Source of the DNA: the human T2T-CHM13v2.0 reference genome, Homo sapiens
Strand: one strand, 5' to 3'
DNA: 64,000 bases
Assembly (NCBI RefSeq): GCF_009914755.1
Contig: NC_060945.1
The notes beneath the pieces are model-generated. The model was not told the origin of the DNA, searched no databases, and saw only the letters and a program-made list of their open reading frames with translations. Numbering within the stretch: position 1 is the stretch's first letter; every line of letters starts with the position of its first letter. The position numbers were made by a program, and so were the translations under genes. This document shows, one piece after another, positions 1 to 14,000 of the stretch.

Positions 1-107
1 TGTGAACTTCTTGATGGTAGAGACAATATGAATTTTTTTTCGTGTTCATATCCCCAGTTCTTAGTGCAATACTGAACACACAGTAAATACTCAATAACTA
101 TTCAATT
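1..107 (+). mobile_element. L2 LINE 3' end fragment
   Basis: Resembles L2 terminus (atatccccagttcttagtgcaatactgaacacacagtaaatactcaataa). Confidence 0.6.
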
Positions 108-2839
108 AAAAATACAATTATAAAGTAATAAGACAAGTCAGAACGTGGAAAATGCCATATCCCTAATAATAGTTAGATATGAGTTAAGAGAGAGTATATA
201 AAGATGAGAAAAACAGGAAAAGCTTTATGGTGTATGTTGCACTTGAGCCAATCATAGAAGAATGCAAAGAATTTGCAAACACAAAAATGGAAGGGAGAAA
301 AATTTAGCTTGGGGAATTGCATGACTGGTAACAGAAAGTTGAAAAAAATATTTGCTGTGTATGAGGAACTGGTTTGAATAGAGAATAAGGGCAAGAAAAA
401 AATTATAATAAATAAGGTAGAAAAGTTACCTTAGAGAATAGATTCTTGGAGGTCATGAATATCCAGTTAAAAAGTATAAAATTCATATTTTATCTCTAAG
501 AAATAAAGTATAAATATATTGAAAAATTGTCTTCACACACACATTGTATCAGGCAAGGGAACTATAATAAATTAAGTAGAAAAGTTAGCTTGGGAAAATA
601 TGGAAGTCCACATACAATTATTTTTCTCTAGGAAATATGGATATATTAAAAGATAAATAGAGGATTCTGCTATAGTTTTTATATAAATACAGTTATAGAC
701 ATTGACATTGATATCCTGGCAAATTAAGGCCAAACAATTAAATAGAATACAGACAGTGTAGAAGAATGATTTTGACAATCTGAATTTGGATAATTGAAAT
801 TCAGAGTATATAAAATTTTAGGAGACATAATCTACATAATTTGGTACCTGGATAGAGGAAATAGGTAAGGAAAAGGGGAAAGACAAGGGAGAGAGATATC
901 AGTCAAATAACCCATTGATTGAGCACCTCCTCTCTATTACCTTGTACCATTAATTTGCTTCCCTTGTATAAGCCAGATAAGTTTACTGAAAATGGGGCCC
1001 TTCATTATCTGTTCTGAAACTCTACCACTCAGTTGAGGGTGTGGTTTATTTGAGTTAATCAACAAATTTTGAATGGATCTAACTACAGTTGAATAGTTAA
1101 TAAGACTATGGCTTATGTTAAGTTTACCAGTCTTTGGTTTATCTTATGAAGGGTAGTCAACAATCAAATCTGTACACTGTGCCTTTTGAAGACCTGGGAC
1201 TACATAACATATAGCTCAATGGGTTCTTATAGTTCAGTGGCCCCTGCTGTTTAATCTTAATGCACATGGAAAAAAAAAATGTCAGCTTGAGGAAGAACTC
1301 TCTTATTGTAACAGTACATACACCGTTTTATGCTAAACATAGTGAGCCATACCATGTTTGCCAACAAATTATTCTTGGCAAAAATAGCAACAATTGTGTA
1401 TTTAAAGTTCCCCCCAAAATACTGTTTGTCGTTCAAATGATGAAATGTAAATTTAGAAAACCAAGGGAATTAAGACACTGAATCTTTTATGCCCTCTTTA
1501 TTACGTTTTCTCTGTGGAAAATAAACTGTGCTGTATAAAGTATCACCTTGAGAAAAAGGAATACAAAAATACTTTGGCTGCCACTTTACAAAAATTCTGT
1601 TAGCTACTTTTATTTGCACATTTTTTTCTTTTTTCTTTCCTAATGGTTTTCATTATAATTTAAATATATAGAGAAATTACCTCCCGGGATATACTAATCT
1701 TGAATACTTCCTTGTTATGTCTAGAATAGGTTATTACAAAGCTTCTAAAAATCCTTGATATTTCTAAGGAAATATAGGAACTACCAACAATTATGGTTTC
1801 CTCCCCGTTTTCTCTGTAAATTCTAAAGTAATTGGATAGCATTAGGCCAATAATTATCTAATTTGAATTTTTAAAATATCAAAGTTGTCAAGGAATTGTC
1901 TTTCTGCGATGTGGGGCATTGAAAGGAAACTTGTGAATTACTACCCTTCTTTTCTGTGTCTATACATGACAGGATCTACTGTTCCTACAGTTAATTCAGT
2001 CAAAGAAACCATTTGATCTGAATGTGTGACCGAATGACCAGTGGTTTGACTGAATTCACAGCCACCGTGGCTGCTCTGCCCATGCGAGTCCACAAGGGCT
2101 TTGTTTGCTTGCTGGCAGTCTCTGCACAGAGAACACACAGCATATGCCAGGTGGCCATGTGTCTGAGGCAGAGGGAAGGGAGAACAAAGCAAAAAAAGAT
2201 TCCATTTGGACAGAGATGCTTTAAGCCATCCGACTGCCAGTAACATATTAAAGAGAGAAGAAAATGCAATGATGCTTGAATATACTCAACAGTAAACAAC
2301 TTTAAGCCTGAGCTTCAGATCACAAATCTCCCTCTGCCGCTGCTGACATGCTCAGCTTGAACGTGGTTGCAGGAGACAAAGGAACCTGCTCCAGGAAGAA
2401 AACAGAAGAGAGAATTCTCACCCTGATTTTAATCTATCTCAGATGAATGTTGAAGAACCAGTGATACCATAACAATTGTATTCTTATGTCAAAAACCTGT
2501 TCTGTTGAAGGTGAGAATAGAGGAAGAAGGTTCTAGAATGGCAAAAACGAGAACTCACTTTCCTGTCCACCTCTTTTTTCTTTATGTCAACCCTCCATTT
2601 GGCACTTATCACACTGCTCACCACTGGCTTCCCAACAAACCGTGAAATGAAAAAGACAGATGTTAATGCCATCTCAGAAGAGTTGGGAGCTGCAAACTAT
2701 TATTTTAGAAAGTCAGCAGGGCAATGTGGATTCCTTTAAAAGTGGAATATCATTTCTCAAATAAGTGTAATATTGCCCCCATTCCCTGCCTCATGATTTA
2801 GGATAAATAAATTTTCTTTTCTGTATTATTTTCTCATTA

Positions 2840-3075
2840 CTCATTAATTGAGTAGCTGATATGGGCTAGATAGTGTGCTAGCAGCCTGATCTTCATTCAG
2901 TATTTTCAGTCTTCCCAACAGTGCTACTGAGCCCCACTGTGTTCATCTTACAGATGGAAATACTGACATTCAGAGGAGTTAGTTAACTTGCCTAGGTGAT
3001 TCAGCTAATAAGTGCAAGAAAGATTTCAATCCAAGGTGATTTGATTCTGAAGCCTGTGCTAATCACATTACACCA
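2840..3075 (-). mobile_element. MIR SINE
   Basis: Antisense MIR core: ttacagatggaaatactgacattcagaggagttagttaacttgcctaggtgattcagctaataagtg. Confidence 0.8.
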
Positions 3076-3976
3076 AGCTACAACTTCATTTATAAATAAT
3101 AAGTCAGCTTTCAAGGGCCTTTCAGGTGTCCTGCACTTCTACAAGCTGTGCCATTTAGTGAACACAAAATGAGCCTTCTGATGAAGTAGTCTTTTCATTA
3201 TTTCAGATATTAGAACACTAAAATTCTTAGCTGCCAGCTGATTGAAGGCTGGGACAAAATTCAAACATGCATCTACAACAATATATATCTCAATGTTAGT
3301 CTCCAAATTCTATTGACTTCAACTCAAGAGAATATAAAGAGCTAGTCTTTATACACTCTTTAAGGTATGATATCATCTGGAAAGTAACAAAACTGATGCA
3401 AATTTGAATGAACTTTATCATGGTGTATTTACACAATGTGTTTCTTCTCCCTGCAATGTATTTCTTTCTCTAATTCCTTCCATTTGATCTTTCATACACA
3501 ATCTGGTTCTGATGTATGTTTTTTGGATGCACTTTTCAACTCCAAAAGACAGAGCTAGTTACTTTCTTCCTGGTGCTCCAAGCACTGTATTTGTATCTGT
3601 ATTCAAGCCCTTTGCAATATTGTACTGGATCATTATTTCACCTCTAGGATGGCTTCCCCAGGCAACTTGTGTTCACCCAGAGACTACATTTTGTATCTTG
3701 TTGACCTTTGAACTTCCACCAGTGTCTAAAAATAATATGTATGCAAAATTACTTGCTATGAGAATGTATAATTAAACAATATAAAAAGGAGAAGCAAGGA
3801 GAGAAACACAGGTGTGTATTTGTGTTTGTGTGCTTAAAAGGCAGTGTGGAAAAGGAAGAAATGCCATTTATAGTGAGGAGACAAAGTTATATTACCTCTT
3901 ATCTGGCTTTTAAGGAGATTTTGCTGAGCTAAAAATCCTATATTCATAGAAAAGCCTTACCTGAGTTGCCAATACC
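2929..3976. other. CpG-free AT-rich segment; probable source of the '21q21 MAR' used in CpG-free plasmids
   Basis: No CpG from 2643 to 4078 (seen). The sequence gagccccactgtgttc...gttgccaatacc is recalled from CpG-free vectors (memory, unverified). Confidence 0.6.
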
Positions 3977-4155
3977 ATCTAAGATTATTCTTTAAAAAGG
4001 ATTTTAAAGATCTAATTTACTTTTTGTCATGCACTGCTTGCTATTTGCATTCCACTCTGGCTGAACATTGAAATGAGACGAGCCTTTATCACCTTTGTGT
4101 CTGGTCACGTCTGCTTCCTCATCTCCCTGTGCTAGCACAGTGCTGCAGTACCAGG
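3961..4155 (-). ncRNA. Candidate 195-nt internal exon of a minus-strand non-coding transcript
   Basis: Minus strand: long polypyrimidine tract then tgtttatAG acceptor (4156-4157); donor CAG|GTAAGG (3959-3960); stops in all 3 frames. Confidence 0.45.
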
Positions 4156-5999
4156 CTATAAACACAGCAGCAAAATCGTTCAGGAAAAGAAAAAGAAAAA
4201 GAATCAGAAAACAGAAAGCTGCTTTTGGTCATAATTGGATGAAAATATATGTAATAAAAACATTTCTATCGGTAGCAGGTTTTTTTAATAAGTTCTTCTT
4301 TTCTTTATAACTAAATTTTTGAAAATGCAGACATTTGGCCTTAGATATCTCATGGATGTAAAATTGGCATCAGATCAGTACAGTTTGCTAGCCAAGCTTA
4401 AAAAGGAAAATATAATGGGAAAACACTGTGATTTTATAGTTCTTATAAAAATGAGAAAATCACAACCTGCACAAAAACCCCAAGTTGAACATCCCTTAAA
4501 TCTGCCACGAAAAGACCAAGATCCATGTTTTCAGTTTTGAGGATGACCTTAGAAACCTACGTGGGGTTTACTTTAGTTTACCCTAACGTAACTGTAGATC
4601 CATCTCAGCAAACAGATGTGCAGAACATGAGCTGTACATTCATTGGCTCAGGAAACGGAATTGAGAATTTAAGCTGATTTCCATTTTTATTATGTAGTAT
4701 GACTTTTGCTTCTTTGTTCTCTCATAATAAACTTCAGTCCCCTTGAAAATACCCTAACTGATAACCTCTAACAGGGTTAGATTGTATGAGCTGACTGTAG
4801 ACTTGTTTATGACTGCCTTACTCAAATATGCACCTGACATCCTTTCTCTCAGTGGAATAACAAATCAGATCTTTCCAGAGCAGAAGAGAGGTACAAGCTC
4901 TTCCTAATAAAATAAATATAGTACCACTTGTGTATGGTAGAATCTTTTGAACCAAATTAAAACTGTATTTTTGAGACAGACCTTTAGCATGGAAAACTCA
5001 GCATCTACAACCTTGCTAAAAAAGAGATTGCACTGAAAGATTCGCCACCTCCGCGGTGGGCATTTGTACCAACTCTTTATTTTTTACCCACCAAACCCTT
5101 TTACCTCCCTTGTCTTGTCTCTCTGTGCTCCCAGAGATGATTGTTGTGAATTCATGTCCTCAGCTCTCCTGCAGGCTGGACTTCAGTTAGGTTTGGCCCA
5201 CAACCCCACCAACAAAAGAGGGTGGGAACACTTACTCTACTTTTCCTTGCTGCTTTGGTGCCACAACTGTGGCAGTGACTGTGTCCCTCTCCAGTTATGC
5301 TTTTATCAGAGAGTCCTTTTCCATGGTCCTCATTCCAGTGACCCACCATCACTCCAGGTCGTTCCTGTGTCCCTTTCGCCCTTGGAGCGGCCACATCTTC
5401 CTAATATTGCTGGTATTTGGATGTCTGACCAACTCTTGTTTGCTTTCTTATCCCTGTTCACACTCTAACTGTTGTTTCTTTTTTAAAAACTTTTCATATG
5501 AACCACCTGTGATGAATCCAGTGTCCTGCTTGGACCTTAATGCTAAAGAATGCAAACATTTCTTTCTTTAAAACAAAAATCAATGCTTACTTGAACAAAA
5601 TAATCTACTAGACAGTCACAGATGGATTCTAATTGGCTTGCAGTAGTAGGAAGGCCACTGTGATCAAGGTTATCTAACTTCCTTCACCCTTACTCTCTGT
5701 GGCAGAGACTGATAGAACATGAAGCAACTAAAGTCTGTGTCTTCTAAGAACTTCAAGGAAGCTGTCAAAAGTCTTCCAGAGTCTTTAAGGAATCTGCTAG
5801 ATTGAGTGGAAATATTTCATATTGATGGAGGCAGAGAGGGCACATGTATATTCTCCTGGCTGAGACACAGCATAAAGTCAAGGAGGAAGGGGACAGAGAA
5901 GATCTACCAAAGTCTAGTCCCCTTTAACTTGAAGTGGCAAGGATGGCTGAATTCTAGGACATCTCAGTAAAAGAAAAAGGTTTCTAAGACATCTTTTTG

Positions 6000-7050
6000 C
6001 CCAGAAAATAAGGACATCCTCACAAAATGAGCTGAACATATCAGGACAACCCAGGATTTAAAGATATAAAGGGGATCCCACTGACCAAATCTGGACATTT
6101 GAGCTAAAAAAAAAAAGTAGTGATAATCATTTATAACTCACTGAGTTACATGAGCATCCCTGAGTTCATATGGAAAGAAAAATAGAAAGAAAGCTCTTTC
6201 TTACAGTAAAATGCCAACTAATACATGTAACATCATAATGGAGTTAATAATCTAGCACTAATAATCAATGGATTTCAAATTAGTGGGTGAAAATTTGATA
6301 AAGAAGAGGCTATTTCAGAGTGTCAAAGAATGTCCCCACCAATTGCTTATTAATTACTAAGAGAAAAATAACAGTTTTACCATGGAGAAACCTAACAGAT
6401 ACCATGGAAGGGTGGCAGAATATGCCACCCAAAATATGCCGCTTTGGTATAAGGATTCCTTTGAGTTAAAGAGACTTTAAAAATAAGTAGCAGGTGCAGG
6501 AAGGACACTCTGATCCTCCTTTTATTCTTCCTGAAAATAGGAGATAAAAGCCCCATATGGAAGATGTCTTGCCTATACCAGAAGGAAAGTAACATTCTTA
6601 TCATCAAGGACATGAAGTTGAGACTGAGAGAGTTCTGTACAAACAGACCTTGTTAAAATAATTCTTATCTTCCTTCAGCAACATTCCCCCACCCCGTGTA
6701 GTCTAGTTACTTTTCCACAATTGCCTCTTTTTCAATCTAATATAAAAACATTTAGGTTTTGCTACTTCTTTGGGTCATCATTTTCTTATGAGGACTCCTG
6801 TGTTATGTAAAACTTTTATGAGATAAATCTGTATGTTTTTCTCTGTGAATCTGTCTTATGTAAGTTTAATTCTTTGGCCCACTGAAAAACTAAGAGGCAA
6901 GAGGTAAAATTTTGCCTCCCCTGAACCATCTTAATCAAGGGTTCCATCAAAGTTACTATCACCAATATAGCAAAAAGTCCTATTACGTGCCTCCTGAGAT
7001 GATATGCGAGAATAAACAACTCACTTTTTTTGTAATATTCTTGCTGAAAC
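6000..7050 (+). mobile_element. L1MC-type LINE 3' UTR fragment, interrupted by an LTR
   Basis: L1MC 3'UTR motifs (ggagaaacctaacagatacca ... tcttaatcaag...tcaaagttactatcacc) are contiguous across the LTR. Confidence 0.65.
6405..6924 (+). mobile_element. MER34-family ERV1 solo LTR
   Basis: Starts tggaagggtggcagaatatgccacccaaaatatgcc; 4-bp TSD acca at 6401-6404 and 6925-6928. Confidence 0.8.
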
Positions 7051-7320
7051 TGAGTGATGGACTCCTCTGTTAACTCAGGGTTCTTGATACAGAGAAATCG
7101 CTCTTGCTTTCATGTTGCTCACCTGACAGAAACTGCAATCTCATGTGTTGGAAAATATGTACCTGCTGAGATGGTACAAGGGGAAGCAGAGAGAGAGAAA
7201 TCTTCAAAGACTGTTGGCATTCCAAAAGGCTGTGCCTGAGGCCACTAATGTAAAACTGAAGACTGTGAGAAGGATGTAACTAGAAGAGAGGGTCTGAGAG
7301 ATGATGAAGAAAGAGAACAG

Positions 7321-7633
7321 AGCTGGGTGTGGTGGCTCATGCCTGTAATCCCAGTACTTTAGGGGGTTGAGGCTGGAGGATTTCTTGAGGCCAGGGGTTC
7401 AAGACCAGCCTGGGCAACACAGTGAGACCTCATCTCCATAAAATATTTAAAAATTAGTCAGGTGAGGTGGCATACACCTGTAGTCCCAGCTGCTGGGGAG
7501 GTTGAGGCAGGACAGGAGGATCTCTTGAGCCCAGGAGTTGGAAGCTGCAGTGAGCTCTGATTGCACCATTGCACTATAGCCTGGGTGACAGAGGGAGATC
7601 CTGTCTCAAAACAGAAAAAATAAATAAAATAAA
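7321..7633 (+). mobile_element. AluJ
   Basis: Dimeric Alu with J-type diagnostics and A-rich tail. Confidence 0.9.
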
Positions 7634-8812
7634 AGGCAAAGTGGACTAATGGAAGACCATAGATCTACTCTTTTTTTTTCATGGATCTACTCTTAAGTCA
7701 TTTTTTCTTCTTGCCTTGACTATGAATATTCCAGAACTTCTGCTTAAATAGAATATTTTATTTCACTTAGAATCTGTGGCATGTCTACTAAACATTTTCT
7801 TTCTCCGATTTTTCATCTCTCAAGCCTTCTGTGAGACAGGACCCCATTTATTATATCAGATATTTAAGCTGCCAACATTTTCAACTTGCTCATGATTTCT
7901 CTATTATTATTCAAATGTTAACATCTCATTCAATTCTAGAGCCCAGTGTTTGGTGAAATTCCTTCTTATATCAGTATCAGTATTGGCTGTCAAAGAGGTT
8001 TCCTTTATTTGTGTTTCTGTTTTTCTCCTGGCAATTGTTTCAATGTAATATATAATATTCATCTAGTTTGGATATCTATTTTGACATCCAACTCAATTGT
8101 ATACCAACTGTGCTACTACGAATTCCATTACACTTCAATCTTTGACTCATACTCAATATAAATATATTTTAAATGAAGGTTAGAGCATGTAAGAACTTTA
8201 AGATGTCTTTTTTTTAAAAAAAATAATGAAACCACATATGCCCTTGTCCTTTTCTTCCTTTGGATTTAGAATGAGAGGTACAATCATTTATCAGAGAACT
8301 TTAGTTAGCAAGTAGTGAAGCATCTATAAAAATATATTGCCACATATACTCTTAAAGTTGCTACTCTTAGCATCTCTATTTAAAATAAGGCTATGGGAGG
8401 TGGTTGGCAGGATGGCCGAAAAGGAACAGTTCTGATCTGCAGCTCCCAGTGAGATCAACACAGAAGGTGGATGGTTTCTGCATTTCCTACTGAGGTATCC
8501 AGCTTATCTCACTGGGACTGGTTAGACAGTGGGTGCAGCCCATGGAAGGTGAGCTGAAGCAGGATGGGGCTTTCAGAGGAAGGAACAGGCAGCAATCTTT
8601 GCTGTTCTGCTGCCTCTGCTGGTGATACCCAGGCAAACAGGGTCTGGAGTGGACCTCCAGCAGCCTCCGGTAGACCTGCAGCAGAGAGGCCTGACTGTCA
8701 AAAGGAAAACTAACAAATAGAAAGGAATAGCATAAACATCAACAAAAAAGACCTCCACACAGAAACCCCATCCAAAGGTCACCAACTTCAAAGACCAAAA
8801 GTAGATAAATCT

Positions 8813-9540
8813 ATGAACATGAGGAAAAACCAGCTCAAAAAGTTTGAAAATTCCCAAAACCAGAACACCTCTTCTCCTCCAAAGGATCACAACTCCTCAC
8901 CAGCTAGGGAACAAAACTGGATGGGGAATGAGTTTGACGAATTTAAAGAAGTTGGCTTCAGAAGGTGGGTAATAACAAACTCCTTCAAGCTAAAGGAGCA
9001 TGTTCTAACCCAAAGGAAGGAAGCTAAGAACCTTGAAAAAAGGATAGACGAGTTGCTAACTAGAATAACCAGTTTAGAGAAGAACATAAATGACCTGATG
9101 GATCTGAAAAACACAGCACGAGAACTTCATGAAGCATACACAAATATCAATAGCCGAATTAATCAAGTGGAAATAAGGATATCAGAGATTGAAGATCAAT
9201 TTAATGAAATAAAGTGTGAAGACAAGATTAGAGAAAACAGAATGAAAAGGATGAAGAAAGCCTCCAAGAAATATGGGACTATGTGACGAGACCAAACCTA
9301 CATTTGATTGGTGTACCTGAAAGTGATGGGGAGAATGGAAGCAAGTTGGAAAACACTTCTCAGGATATTATTCAGGAGAACTTCCCCAACTTAGCAAGAC
9401 AGGGCAACATTCAAATTCAGAAAATACAGACAACGCCACAAAGATACTCCTTGAGAAGAGCAACCCCAAGACACATAATCGTCAGATTCACCAAGGTGGA
9501 AATGAAAGAAAAAATGTTAAGGGCAGCCAGAGAGAAAGGT
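8813..9540 (+). pseudogene. L1 ORF1p remnant (coiled coil + most of RRM), frameshifted near 9250, CTD deleted
   Basis: MRKNQ..SPPKDHNSSPAREQNW..; [30 protein letters not shown]. Confidence 0.9.
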
Positions 9541-12603
<3,063 letters not shown>

Positions 12604-13564
12604 TTGGGAGGTGAACAACGAGAACACATGGACACAGGGAGGGGAACATTACACACCAGGGCCTGTTGGGGGATGGGAGGCTAGGGGAGGGATAGCATTA
12701 GGAGAAATACCTAATGTAGATGATAGGTTGATGGGTGCAGCAAACCACCATGGCATGTGTATACCTGTGTAACAAACCTGCACATTCTGCACATGTATCC
12801 CAGAAATGAAGGTATAAAAAAAAGAGTTGATCAGTCCAACTTTATTCAACTAGAGGTGTGTTCAAGGTGTTTTTGTCATATGGTAATGACAATCTTACAG
12901 TGCATTTCAAAAAGTTACTTCTACAAGAGCTATTTGTATTTAAAACTATAATAAAAAGTATAATAAAAATGAAATAAAATAAGGACATGGAAATGTTTTC
13001 TAAACATGGTTCTTTGATGTAAAAGAGATCTATTTAAGCAATTTATATATATTCCTGTAAATACAAATATACCCTTGTTATTAAGGGCTATAATCCAAAT
13101 TTTATATCAAATAGTCTTGAAATAAAATCTAATAAAAAGAGGTAAAAGATTGGACCTTTCTAACTGTATTTTAGTGTAGAAGTTATTCAGAATTCCTTTA
13201 TTTTTGTTATACTTTTCTTTTCCCTTTGGAATCTGTGAAAGACTTTGAAGAACTGAGGAACTTTTCCAAGGTGGTCTCAAATGTTTTGTTTCCCTTAGAT
13301 GTTCTTGCCTACCCCGTCTTGCAGACAAACTTGACCCTTAGCTCTTCCTCCTCAAGAACAATTCTTACCCCTTCTGAGACCATCCTTGACCAACTATTCT
13401 CTGAAACTAGCAAGGCTTGACATGCTTTTCCTGCTAAAACCCTATAAAGCATTCTGTCATTTTTCTCAAGTTAGAATTTTCCTTGACAGCTTTCTGATGC
13501 TCAGTATTTTTGAAATTTGCTTAGGCTAATGGTATTCTTGCTGCTTTTCTTCCATGGAATATAC

Positions 13565-13610
13565 TATGTATGTATGTATGTTGGTATATGTATAGTTGTG
13601 TGTGCGTTTG

Positions 13611-13652
<42 letters not shown>

Positions 13653-13660
13653 CACATATA
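13565..13660. repeat. Compound (TA)n/(TG)n microsatellite
   Basis: (TG)14 at 13621-13648 preceded by a (TA) run. Confidence 0.95.
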
Positions 13661-13759
13661 ATGAGTTTAACTGTCATAATGGTTTAAAGTCAATGAAGTG
13701 TTTAACCTTAATTCTCCATTTAATCGTTATGGCAAAGAATAATATTCCCCCCTGTGTTA

Positions 13760-14000
13760 CAGAAGGGAATGTAGGTTCAGGCAGGATATAGTAGGAAATG
13801 TGGTGTGGGAGACAAGATAGGGAATGTATAAGTAGGATAAGGTTAAAATAAAATGTGAGTTCAGTTCTGACATCATGAGTTTAAAGTCACTCCTCTGAGG
13901 TATCTAAGGGCAGATGCAAGTAGTTTGATGTATGGTCTGAGGCTCAGTAGTTAGATCACAGCAAGACTGGGAATCATGAAAAGATAGAAATTGAAAATTT
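13760..14000 (-). mobile_element. L2 fragment
   Basis: gagttcagttctgacatcatgagttt...ggtctgaggctcag antisense L2 motifs. Confidence 0.55.

Noticed and set aside
4150-4165. TATA-like ctataaa as a + strand promoter
   Set aside because: Better explained as the minus-strand TAG acceptor next to its polypyrimidine tract; no + strand first-exon evidence.
5064-5571. 134-aa and 100-aa ORFs
   Set aside because: Non-ATG starts, no domain similarity, no supporting splice structure.
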